DNA of 64,000 bases. Source: an uncultured Calditrichaceae bacterium (GTDB lineage Bacteria > Calditrichota > Calditrichia > RBG-13-44-9). The notes under the pieces were generated by a model that saw nothing but the letters and a program-made list of their open reading frames with translations, had not been told where the DNA came from and did no database searches. This document shows positions 39,374 through 48,615 of the stretch, one piece after another (within the stretch, counting starts at the first letter, position 1; the number at the start of each line of letters is the position of its first letter). The translations under genes were made by a program, and so were the position numbers. The stretch lies in contig CAZUZS010000016.1 in NCBI GenBank assembly GCA_964624795.1, positions 6,855 to 70,854 of the forward strand. The letters are read 5' to 3'.

Positions 39374-40762
39374 TTATGATTTACTATGATTGATTAGCCT
39401 GGAAATAAAAACAATGGTGCGAATATAATCGACGAGTTTTTTGATCTGGGTCGGCCTGATTACTACCTCCTTAAGCGCTTTTATAATGTTGGAGAGTCTC
39501 ATATAGTATCGCCTATAAGCCGTCCTTACCAACCTTTCCAAATGGTTGACCTGAAAGTTGGGATTTTTAAACACCAGGTGCAGGCCGTCGTACAGATCCC
39601 AGTCCCGGGTTGTTAGTTGTTGAGATTTATCCAGCTGCTGAAAAAGACGAGAGCCAGGGTAAGGAGTGAGCAATGAGAATTGACATGTTTCCGGCTTTAG
39701 TCTTATCGCAAGTCTTATTGTTTTCTTTACCATTTTGGAATTCTCATGCAGCTCCCCAAGTATGAAGCTACCATAAATTCTTATATTGTTTTCTCTTAAT
39801 AATTTGACTGCCTGCTCCTGTTGCTCCAACGTGATCCGCTTTTGATAATTATTGAGGATATCCTGGTCAGCGCTTTCCAGGCCCAGGAAAACCGTGCTGG
39901 CGCCGGCATCGGCCATTTTTTTGACCATTTCCGGATGCCTTACCAGCGTATCGACCCTTGAAAAGCACCACCACCGGATATCCCATTTCCGGGAAATAAC
40001 TTCATCGCAAAAATCAATGGTGCGGCGGTAATTCAGTGTGAAATTATCATCAATAAAAATAAAGGAGGAATGACCATTCCGAAGAAGATAATCCAATTCG
40101 GAGAAAACCGAGTCCAGTGACCGGGTCCTCCATTTCAGGCCCGCCAGTCTGCTGCTAGCGCAAAAATAGCAATCGTAGGGGCAGCCGCGGCTGGTTACTA
40201 TGGTCGCCATTCTTCGGCCTTCGAAAGTGGACAGGTAATGATCTGCTTCAAACAATTCTCTCTTGGGAATGGGGAGCTCATCAAGATTTTTGATGAGTTC
40301 TGCTGGTTCGTTACGATGCAGTAATCCGTTAGGTTTATACGCAAGTCCTTTTATTCTGCTCAAGTCGCCCCCATGTTCCAGCATGTCGACTAGATTGACC
40401 AGAGTATGCTCTCCTTCGCCTTTGATAACAAAATCGGCCGCTCCTTTTGTAAAGGGCTCCTCGTCCAAGAACGACGTATGGTAACCTCCGAAAACTACTT
40501 TGGCGCCTTCGGACCTCGCTTTCTGACCGATTTGAACTGCAGAATTAAAACGAGGCGTATCGCTAGAAATACCGACCAGATCAAAATCCTTGAATTTGAT
40601 TTTCTTTTCATCAATTGATTCTGTTTGATAATCTGTGACAGATACCGAGTGTCCGGCTTGTTCAAGCATGGCTGCCAGATATCCGATACCAAGTGGCATC
40701 AGATTCAGGCCGACCTCGCTATAATAATTTTTAGTGGGTGGATCGATTAAAAGTACGCGCAT
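39374..40762 (-). CDS. Cobalamin-binding radical SAM protein (class B methyltransferase-like)
   Basis: N-terminal B12 domain (PLGIGYLAA...GGYHTS...GEGE); TSRGCPYDCYFC, DDNF, GLES and TPYPGS motifs. Confidence 0.9.
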   Translation of the reverse strand: MRVLLIDPPTKNYYSEVGLNLMPLGIGYLAAMLEQAGHSVSVTDYQTESIDEKKIKFKDFDLVGISSDTPRFNSAVQIGQKARSEGAKVVFGGYHTSFLDEEPFTKGAADFVIKGEGEHTLVNLVDMLEHGGDLSRIKGLAYKPNGLLHRNEPAELIKNLDELPIPKRELFEADHYLSTFEGRRMATIVTSRGCPYDCYFCASSRLAGLKWRTRSLDSVFSELDYLLRNGHSSFIFIDDNFTLNYRRTIDFCDEVISRKWDIRWWCFSRVDTLVRHPEMVKKMADAGASTVFLGLESADQDILNNYQKRITLEQQEQAVKLLRENNIRIYGSFILGELHENSKMVKKTIRLAIRLKPETCQFSLLTPYPGSRLFQQLDKSQQLTTRDWDLYDGLHLVFKNPNFQVNHLERLVRTAYRRYYMRLSNIIKALKEVVIRPTQIKKLVDYIRTIVFISRLINHSKS

Positions 40763-41225
40763 TTGGGCCTCCCGTATTTTACTTCTACCCCAAGCTCCTG
40801 ATTAATGGAATTCTATCTGACCAGTGGTTTTTCTCCTCATTTTAATCCGAACTGAAATATGCGAACTTAACATGGCCGCTGCAAATCTGCTTAAAGCGGG
40901 ATTCCAATCAGACATTTAAGCAATAAATTCCGGTCATGACAGTACGGAAATCGCCAAGCGATTAATATCCGAAAAACTAATTCTCGCTTTCGGTTTTAAG
41001 AATTACCTCCGGCGCCCTCACCGGTACAAGAAAATCTATAACGGATCTATAGGAATAAATAGTATTTACGGGAAGGTTACTGATTGTAGAATCGTATTCA
41101 TTGAAATATTGGGTAATTAAATGTTTTTCTTTTCTTTTTGAATAACACATTGGTCAAATCTCTATTATGCTACTTACCGCTATGGGCGGCAAGTGAGGTT
41201 GCAATATTCAAATTCATTTCAACTC

Positions 41226-41750
41226 TTAATATGCAATTCCCGGCGAGCAAATAACCCATCCCTCTTTGAGCGAAGAAATCGGTTTTGATATTTCGCCCGG
41301 TTTAACTTTTAAGCCGGTAGAATCAGCTATAAACTGCCCATTTTGTGTAATGTTGAAAAAATTGCTTTTGGCAACGATATTAGAGTCGTTTACGGTAATT
41401 GTGATCGGTTCAGTTAGTTTCTCTATGGGTTCGTTCGTCCCAAGGTTTGTAGCGCGAAATGCGAAAGCAAGTATGGGCAAATTTCCGGCCGGTGCTTTTG
41501 CCCTGAAATTAGCCGGATCCCCGGTTAAAATCTCAAATTTAACCGGCGAATTGAATTCACCTTCGGGAAACTGAATACGATAGGGTGAAATGTTCAAGGT
41601 GTCGGCTTGCGTTGCAGGTATTTGCCTGGCGGTGAAAAGTGTAGGATAGCCGGTTTCTTCCAGGCTTGGAACAGCCCCCTTTTTTGAACTACAGGAATAA
41701 TTTAGTATGAAAAAAGAAATGACGGAAATAATGAGGACCGCTTTTCCCAT
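41226..41750 (-). CDS. Hypothetical lipoprotein
   Basis: Lipobox-like NYSC after a hydrophobic stretch; RBS GGAGGAG; no family recognised. Confidence 0.65.
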   Translation of the reverse strand: MGKAVLIISVISFFILNYSCSSKKGAVPSLEETGYPTLFTARQIPATQADTLNISPYRIQFPEGEFNSPVKFEILTGDPANFRAKAPAGNLPILAFAFRATNLGTNEPIEKLTEPITITVNDSNIVAKSNFFNITQNGQFIADSTGLKVKPGEISKPISSLKEGWVICSPGIAY

Positions 41751-42127
41751 CTCCTCCTCCCTTTCTTTGATGGTTAAATGCGCGGTTTCAAAACTACATA
41801 TTTTCTACTAAGCTATATTTAAAAATCAACCAAACATTCTTTCTGTTCCTCAAAAATTGATCTCAAAAAACCTTATCGCTTAAAATTGAGCAAATCATTT
41901 TGATCTCCCCTGAAGCGAAATTGACCTTTAAGCTGCAAAACGTTAATTTCTCAAAATGAAGATTTGATGAAATTTGCTTTCATCTCCAAGCTATTGACCC
42001 CCAAGCATCATCTTCCTTGAATTTAGCAGTTCGAATTCTCTGCCATGATCTTTTCAAAATCGCTATCCTTGAAAATTTGACCAATCTATGATCAATAAAT
42101 CACAGTTCACTTGTTTGTAAACATAAA

Positions 42128-43072
42128 TTAGAAGACACTTATATGCATATACTTTTTGGGATTCTTCTTAATATCTTCCACCAATTCATTCAGTGAATTT
42201 GTAACATTTAAGAGATTCTGGTACAGCTCCTTATTATTGACCAGCTCACCAGCAGTTCCGCGTGTTGTTTCCAATCTTGACAAAAGCGCGTCGGTTCGGG
42301 CCGAAATAGCAAGCAACTTACCATAAAGGGTTGTGTCAGAAATCAACCGACCGAACATACCTTCGCCCCGCCGGATCTTGCTGCTAATTTCATTCATATT
42401 GTAAAAAGTCTGATTAAAGTTATGAAACATTGCTGTATCCTGCAAAAACCTGCCGGCGTTTCCTTCTCCCTGCGATATACGATTGGTAATATATTTCACC
42501 TCCGAAATCACACTCCTAAGATCATCCCCCATTTTCTGATCTCGCAACAACATGCCCAAAGTTCCCTTGCCGTTCATAACATCCCGGGCAATCGTATTCA
42601 GTTGTTCCACGGCCTGTGAGGCTTGCCGGGCAATATCCTCAAGATTTATTGAGCTTCTGGTTGCGACAAATGAATTCGGAACCAAAGTGGTGTCAGTTGC
42701 TCTCCCCAGGGAAATATCGACGTATTTGTTCCCCAAAACTCCCATTGTCTTTATGCTTGCAAAAGAGGTTTTTTTGATTAGGTCCGCATACTTATCTTTA
42801 ATTTTCAATTGGGTCACAATACCCGGTTCTCCCTTCCTTTGTACAATTTTTAGATACCCGACAACGCCGGCTTTCATCCCGGCAATGGTAACGAGAGCAC
42901 CAGGTTCCAATCCCTGCACATTGGGTAAAAAGATATAATAGGTTTCCGTCGGACTAAATAACTCTTGGTAGGTACCAACTGTGTAAAAAATAAAAAGTAT
43001 CAGAAACAGGGCCAAAACAATAAGAGAGACAACACCGACTTTCACCGTTCGGTTTTTATTTGAAATCTCCAT
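42128..43072 (-). CDS. mlaD: MlaD/MCE family protein
   Basis: N-terminal TM helix; VQGLEPGALVTIAG..G.V and GVLGNKYVDISLG MCE motifs; helical tail with GTLGMLL repeats. Confidence 0.88.
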   Translation of the reverse strand: MEISNKNRTVKVGVVSLIVLALFLILFIFYTVGTYQELFSPTETYYIFLPNVQGLEPGALVTIAGMKAGVVGYLKIVQRKGEPGIVTQLKIKDKYADLIKKTSFASIKTMGVLGNKYVDISLGRATDTTLVPNSFVATRSSINLEDIARQASQAVEQLNTIARDVMNGKGTLGMLLRDQKMGDDLRSVISEVKYITNRISQGEGNAGRFLQDTAMFHNFNQTFYNMNEISSKIRRGEGMFGRLISDTTLYGKLLAISARTDALLSRLETTRGTAGELVNNKELYQNLLNVTNSLNELVEDIKKNPKKYMHISVF

Positions 43073-43811
43073 TTGCACCCTCAATTAATTTTTTACTGAT
43101 AACGACCTCATTTTCATCTTCAAATTTGTCAAATATCGCCATATCTACCTTCCCATCGTAAACAATTGTACCGGATTTCAACATCAGCAAGCGATCTCCG
43201 ATTGTATTAAAATGTTGAATGATGTGTGTAACAATAAGGGCAGTGTGATTCAGACTTTTTTGAAGAGCATAAATTAAATCCACCACCCTTTTGGATGTCA
43301 CCGGATCCAGCCCAGCAGTGGGTTCGTCGTAAAGCAAAATTTGAGGATTAGCAGCAATAGCCCGGGCAATGGCTACCCGCTTTTTCATTCCACCGCTCAG
43401 TTCTGCCGGATAATAGTTCAAGAAATTTTCCATTCCCAATAGGCTCATAATTTCCTCCACCCGCTGCTTTACTTTTTTGTCGGAGAGCCTTAGATTCTCT
43501 CTGAGAAAAAAACCGACGTTTTCCCCAATTGTGAGAGAATCGAACAATGCGCCGTCCTGAAAGACCAACCCGCACTTAAACCGGATATTATTCATTTCGT
43601 TTTCAGAAATATCCGAAATATCTTTCTCAAAGACCTTTATTGTGCCGCTTGTTGGCCAGATTAATCGCAAAATCAATTTTAATATGGTGGTCTTACCGGC
43701 TCCGCTGCTGCCCACCAATAAAACAGTTTCATTTTGGTTCAGCTTAAAGGTCAAATCGTCCAGCACCTTACGCTGGTTTAGTATTTTTGTAACATTCCGG
43801 AACTCGATCAA
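43056..43811 (-). CDS. mlaF: MlaF-type ABC ATP-binding protein
   Basis: GSSGAGKT, FQDGALFDSL, LSGGMKKRV and LYDEPTAGLDP motifs. Confidence 0.9.
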   Translation of the reverse strand: MIEFRNVTKILNQRKVLDDLTFKLNQNETVLLVGSSGAGKTTILKLILRLIWPTSGTIKVFEKDISDISENEMNNIRFKCGLVFQDGALFDSLTIGENVGFFLRENLRLSDKKVKQRVEEIMSLLGMENFLNYYPAELSGGMKKRVAIARAIAANPQILLYDEPTAGLDPVTSKRVVDLIYALQKSLNHTALIVTHIIQHFNTIGDRLLMLKSGTIVYDGKVDMAIFDKFEDENEVVISKKLIEGANGDFK

Positions 43812-44614
43812 TGCCTCACCCCTATTACAGAGAGCAGAATTTTGGTTAGGAGGAAATCCAATATCAGGATGCCTATTGAGTTAGTCACCACCGTTTTAGT
43901 TGTGGATTGCCCCAACTCCTCTGCCCCGCCATGAGTTGTATACCCTAAATAGGCGCTATTTATGCCAATGAAAAGGCCATAGAAAATGGGCTTAATAATG
44001 CCCACCAACAAATCCCCAACAAACAAGACATCACGGGCAGCCAACCAGAAAAATTTCGGGTCCACCCCTTGCCACAAAACAACAGCAAACCAGCCGGCGA
44101 TAATTCCCATCACATCGGCAATAATTGTTAAAGGCGACATCACCAGTAGTGAAGCAAAAACACGAGGGACAATCAGACGTTTGATTGGATCGGTGCCGAA
44201 AGCTCGCAATGCATCAATTTGTTCGGTAAGCACCATATTTCCGATTTCCGAAGAAATCCGGGCACCGGTTCTGCCAGCCAGTATAAGCCCGACAACGATA
44301 GGGCCAATTTCCCGGATGATGGCCACTGAGATAATGCTGCCCATGGCAGTTTTAGCGCCGAACGGGGCCAACTCGGTTGCCCATTCCAGGGCTAGCGCCA
44401 TGCTCACAAATACTGAAGAAAAGATAACGAGGGGCAGGGCTTGATTTCCCAAAACATAAATTTGCTTGAAGGTCTCGCCGGGATATTTGAAAATATAATG
44501 AGAATTCAGAATGGATTTTGAAAAGAAATTAATCCAATTATAAAAGCCGAGGCCCCTCCGGAAGAGAAAGCTCTTCCGATATTTCAGGGTGATTTCTTTT
44601 GCAAACTTGGCCAT
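43808..44614 (-). CDS. mlaE: MlaE-type ABC permease
   Basis: REIGP, AGRTG..ISSEIG.M..TEQIDAL, PRV and GGAEELGQSTT..VV motifs. Confidence 0.9.
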   Translation of the reverse strand: MAKFAKEITLKYRKSFLFRRGLGFYNWINFFSKSILNSHYIFKYPGETFKQIYVLGNQALPLVIFSSVFVSMALALEWATELAPFGAKTAMGSIISVAIIREIGPIVVGLILAGRTGARISSEIGNMVLTEQIDALRAFGTDPIKRLIVPRVFASLLVMSPLTIIADVMGIIAGWFAVVLWQGVDPKFFWLAARDVLFVGDLLVGIIKPIFYGLFIGINSAYLGYTTHGGAEELGQSTTKTVVTNSIGILILDFLLTKILLSVIGVRH

Positions 44615-44856
44615 ATCAGCTAAAATCCCCGGATAATTTAGATTTTGCCATCTTTTGTTTCAGTTCATCAAATATTGCCGAACTCCGAAAAGCCCCTTGA
44701 CAAGCGACGCACCTGAATAATTAATGACCCGCGGGGCAAGCTATTCGCTGGATGGCCATCGGAAAATGTCCGCAAACGACAAATATTTGAGCCGGCAAAA
44801 ACAAGAAATTGTTGCCCTACTTTGGGCCGCTTATCGGTCAGAGCAAATTCTCATCT

Positions 44857-45375
44857 TTATTGTTTCTTTCCCAACCAGGGCACATTTGCATAAATTGGAA
44901 TTCCCTTCGAGATCCACTGGTAATATGTCAGAATAGCTAACATCTCCTTGCTGTCTGGAGCCATAGGCTTGCCTTTCAGGGCACCCTTGAGACATGCATT
45001 GGTCTGCATTACCAGATCCACCGTCCCATTCGCTCTCTTTTTAAATTTCGGAAATACCGCCGCTACTCCTACCAGCGGAAGTGCCTGTTCATCCATTCCG
45101 GCGTTTTTATGGCAGGTGCTACAATTCATATCATTTCCCACGTATTCTTTCGCGTACTCCTGGGTATTTTGGACAATATTGTAGCCCATCATCACCATAT
45201 CTTTGATTTCCGCGGGTGCATCCTGCGGCTTTGGTGGACTAAATTTTAGCGTGCTTTCTGTTGCTTGATCCTGTGCTTTCCCGCCTGAAAAAAGGAATAA
45301 AGAAGATAACAGTATTCCCATTATGAGTATGACTCTCGCCGAAAAAGGATTAAAAAACGATAGCAGCTTTTTCAT
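44857..45375 (-). CDS. Monoheme c-type cytochrome resembling the N-terminal (heme 1) domain of TsdA
   Basis: Signal peptide; YVGNDMNCSTCH; downstream Cys in QTNACLKGALKG; DSKEMLAILTYYQWISKG; ends after PWLG. Confidence 0.75.
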   Translation of the reverse strand: MKKLLSFFNPFSARVILIMGILLSSLFLFSGGKAQDQATESTLKFSPPKPQDAPAEIKDMVMMGYNIVQNTQEYAKEYVGNDMNCSTCHKNAGMDEQALPLVGVAAVFPKFKKRANGTVDLVMQTNACLKGALKGKPMAPDSKEMLAILTYYQWISKGIPIYANVPWLGKKQ

Positions 45376-45540
45376 GTTGCCTCCTTAGTGATTTGGTTGG
45401 TTCTAAACCTGTAAATCGTTTGTTACCAAAAACAATCGGATTTTCTCAGATTGCACTTAGTGTATGTTAAAAGTGGTTTTACATCCTTCCGCCATTTTTG
45501 CTCGCTCGATGCACGGTATTCAAAAAAAGGGCAATTTTTG

Positions 45541-46086
45541 TCAGTCCGTCATAAGGGCATAGCCCTTTAACTGGAATGTGGGCAATACAACTTGAGCCGA
45601 AAGCGCCACTGTTATATCGGCATTTACCCAATTTTCCTGGTAATTGAAATCGGCAAGCGACTGCCCGCAGACAAAAAGCTGAACTCCGGCCTTTTTCAAC
45701 TGACTGATAATATTCGTATTGGGATTATCCTTGCCGGTTTTTTCTTTGTAAATATCATTATTCAGAACAATTGAAGTGGCATCGGAATGGATTATAACTA
45801 CCAGCTTCATCTGGGCCGGCTGTACTCCGGCCGTTGCGAATACATTGATAAATCTTGCTACATGCCAGAGTGCCGCATTAATGCCATCTGAGTTTTCTGT
45901 CGATTTCTTTACATCAAAAATCACCCTGTATTCAAGATCTTTATCGGGCTGGATTGCTGCTTCAGGCAATGGATGCGCCTTTCCGTAATCCTTAATTACC
46001 GGGTGCACCCATTCCTGGGATGATGAATTACTTGCGCCAGCCGAAAGAAGCAAAACCACTATGAATAAAAGCCACGGATTTCTCAT
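45541..46086 (-). CDS. Periplasmic DsrE/DsrF-like family protein
   Basis: Signal peptide; VIFDV, LVVIIHS and AGVQLFVCGQS with the conserved Cys. Start at MRNPW behind GGAGG (track start 46146). Confidence 0.8.
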   Translation of the reverse strand: MRNPWLLFIVVLLLSAGASNSSSQEWVHPVIKDYGKAHPLPEAAIQPDKDLEYRVIFDVKKSTENSDGINAALWHVARFINVFATAGVQPAQMKLVVIIHSDATSIVLNNDIYKEKTGKDNPNTNIISQLKKAGVQLFVCGQSLADFNYQENWVNADITVALSAQVVLPTFQLKGYALMTD

Positions 46087-46190
46087 AAAAAAGCCTCCTC
46101 CCAATATTGTTTTGCGGGCGGGCAAATTGCGCCACATATAACCCATTCCAGGAGAAATATTGTTGGCAGCAATTACCCGGTCCGGCTTAT

Positions 46191-46688
46191 TTATTTGGTT
46201 TTTTCCTGCGAAGCATACTCCCGCAAGTATTCCAGTATCGCCCTCGCCTGCTCTTCCGATATTCCCAGGCTGGGCATGGGAATGTGATACTGAGAAATCA
46301 TTTTTTTGACATTCTCATCTTTTTGCTCCATTTCCGAAGTGTTTATTATCATGTTCATGATAAACTCCGGAGTTCTCTGGTTCACCACGTCGCCCAGCGG
46401 TGGCCCTACCACTTTGTTGTTCATGCTGTGGCAGGAAGTGCAGGTGCTGTTGAACACGCGTTTCCCTTCTGCTGCGAGCTTGGGATCGATCGGCCCCAAT
46501 TTCAGTTCCTTAACCGGGCCGAATCCCTTGTCCTCGCTTTGCGCACTATCTTTTTGTGGATCCTGAGCTTTCTTTTGGATCGTCTTGCTGGTGTTTTCTG
46601 TGGCAGCCTTTTGATCCTGGTCTGCCTGGCCGAAAACAGTTGCAGAAAACAATCCAATGAGTATGACTACAACAAATGAATATTTCAT
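46191..46688 (-). CDS. Class I monoheme cytochrome c
   Basis: Signal peptide; CTSCH; VGPPL; probable Met ligand in YHIPMP. Confidence 0.88.
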   Translation of the reverse strand: MKYSFVVVILIGLFSATVFGQADQDQKAATENTSKTIQKKAQDPQKDSAQSEDKGFGPVKELKLGPIDPKLAAEGKRVFNSTCTSCHSMNNKVVGPPLGDVVNQRTPEFIMNMIINTSEMEQKDENVKKMISQYHIPMPSLGISEEQARAILEYLREYASQEKTK

Positions 46689-46803
46689 GCTAACCTCCTT
46701 TAAAAATTGTGTTATTAAATTAGAAATTTATTAATTTACCCTTCATCTTTTGCACTACAAACGAAACGCCAATGCCCGAACTACTCCACCGGTTGATTAT
46801 CCC

Positions 46804-47574
46804 TCACTGCGCTACGACCAACTGGTTGTTCACACTTATAGCATCAGTTCCGAATTGCACAAGGTCTGCAGCGTGTCCTCTGGCAAACTCCGAAGTGACC
46901 ACACCTTCCAGAATAACTCTCCCATTGTCCACAATAATATGAATGGGCGGGCTGGTGTTATCTGCATAGTTCTCGAATGCCGGGTCGTTGTAGATCAGGC
47001 GTGCCGCCTGTGCCCGGATCTGGTCGTCGGTGCTGGAAATTGGAAGAACCGTGATGTCGTTGATCACCTTTTTCACTCCGGCAGCTTTTGCCGCCTCCTG
47101 CCCAAATTCCGGTTTGTGCCAGGGAACATAGACCCAGCCTTTCAACGTGACATTTCCCGAATCGGCCTCCACCACAACCCAATCGAAGATGCTGTAAAAA
47201 ATATGTTTTTGAAATTCCTTTATAACGTTATCAGCTACCTGTTGGTTTGTGGCGTTCGGATTCTTAACCACCAAATTATCCACAATCTTATACGATTCCT
47301 CGACCTGGTGGGCATCTTTCTCTGCTTGCTGCTTTTGTTCCAGGGTACCAACAGTACCGTTGAGGGTGATTGTGTTATTGGAAACCGTTACTTGCACATT
47401 GTCATTTTCGAGTATGTGCTGCATCCTTAGTTTGTGTTCGAGAACGATTTGTATTGCTTTGTTTGTTGATTGCTCGTTCTCTTGCGCCGACAACCCGGAT
47501 GGGTATGAGAACAGCCCCAAACCAATTGCTGCCAGAAATAGCGCAAATACGCCGTTCCGAATTTTGCTGGTCAT
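46804..47574 (-). CDS. Periplasmic BON-domain protein (three BON repeats), copy 1
   Basis: Signal peptide; three V.V..G.VTL.G.V repeats. Confidence 0.85.
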   Translation of the reverse strand: MTSKIRNGVFALFLAAIGLGLFSYPSGLSAQENEQSTNKAIQIVLEHKLRMQHILENDNVQVTVSNNTITLNGTVGTLEQKQQAEKDAHQVEESYKIVDNLVVKNPNATNQQVADNVIKEFQKHIFYSIFDWVVVEADSGNVTLKGWVYVPWHKPEFGQEAAKAAGVKKVINDITVLPISSTDDQIRAQAARLIYNDPAFENYADNTSPPIHIIVDNGRVILEGVVTSEFARGHAADLVQFGTDAISVNNQLVVAQ

Positions 47575-47673
47575 GACCTCTTTCCTCCCCTAATATTTCT
47601 TACTCTTCGTCTTGCCATAACGACCCGCACCCGTCAAACCGGTTTCTTGCTGTCGCTATAGCGTCAATAGATT

Positions 47674-48447
47674 TTATTTATTCAATATTTTGAGCTCGTT
47701 GTCCACCGAATATGCGTCGGTGTGCAAGCTGATGAGATTTTCCGCCAGATCACTGTCAGACTGCGACTTAACGACTCCTTCGAGCACCACATTTCCGTCC
47801 CGGACGATTATATGAATGGACGGAACCAGTTCGTAGGCGTAAGGCTCGAACACCGGGTTGTCGTAGATTAATCTCGCCGCATGGATTCTTATTTGATCGT
47901 CGAAGCTCGATTTTGGCAGAACGATGAGACTATCGGCCACGGCTCTCACTCCCGGTACTTTTTGCGCCTGACTGACAAATTCGCTTTTGTGCCAGGGCTC
48001 GTAAACCCACCCGTTCAGGGTCACATTACCGTTGTCTGAAGAAACTGTCACCCAATCGAAGATGCTGTAGAAAACCCTGCGCTGCAAAGCAGCGACAACA
48101 CTATCGGTGAGCTGCTGGTTGGTCATATTCATCGCTTTGATTACGAGCTGATTGTTAACACGGTAACTTTCTTCGGCCGCGGCCGCATCTCTTCCGGCCT
48201 GAATTTTTGCCCCAATCGATTGCACTGTTCCCGACAGCGTGATGATCCTGTCTTTCACGGAAACAGTGATATCGTTATTCTTCAATATGCGCTGCTTGCT
48301 CAGTTTATTTTTCACCACACTGATTATGGTATTTGCCGGAAGCTCATTTTCGCCCTGGCTTCTTCCCGATTCGGGAAATGCGAGAATCACCAGAGCGAAA
48401 AAAGCCAATAAATAGCTGACGATTCTTATTTGATATTCTCTTTTCAT
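47674..48447 (-). CDS. Periplasmic BON-domain protein (three BON repeats), copy 2
   Basis: Same layout as copy 1; shares FYSIFDWV, PWHK.EF, DDQIR..AARLIY and IHIIV..G.V.LEGVV. Confidence 0.85.
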   Translation of the reverse strand: MKREYQIRIVSYLLAFFALVILAFPESGRSQGENELPANTIISVVKNKLSKQRILKNNDITVSVKDRIITLSGTVQSIGAKIQAGRDAAAAEESYRVNNQLVIKAMNMTNQQLTDSVVAALQRRVFYSIFDWVTVSSDNGNVTLNGWVYEPWHKSEFVSQAQKVPGVRAVADSLIVLPKSSFDDQIRIHAARLIYDNPVFEPYAYELVPSIHIIVRDGNVVLEGVVKSQSDSDLAENLISLHTDAYSVDNELKILNK

Positions 48448-48615
48448 GGATGTTCTCTCCCTCTTTTATCCTTTATTTATGTTTGTTTCTGTCTTAAAAT
48501 ATCTATTCCTAATTTGATTTTTCTTTTTTCATTTTAATTTCCAACCCGAAAAATGATGCCGCCAGGAAACGACGCTTTTTGGAGATGCAGTGTTTTGCTG
48601 AACAAATTTCTATCA

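Noticed and set aside
40763-41225. RiPP precursor peptide for the radical SAM pair
   Set aside because: Only very short ORFs (about 12 aa) without leader or Cys-rich character were seen.
44700-44856. Frameshifted second heme domain of TsdA
   Set aside because: Manual translation of the three minus-strand frames shows early stops and no CxxCH.
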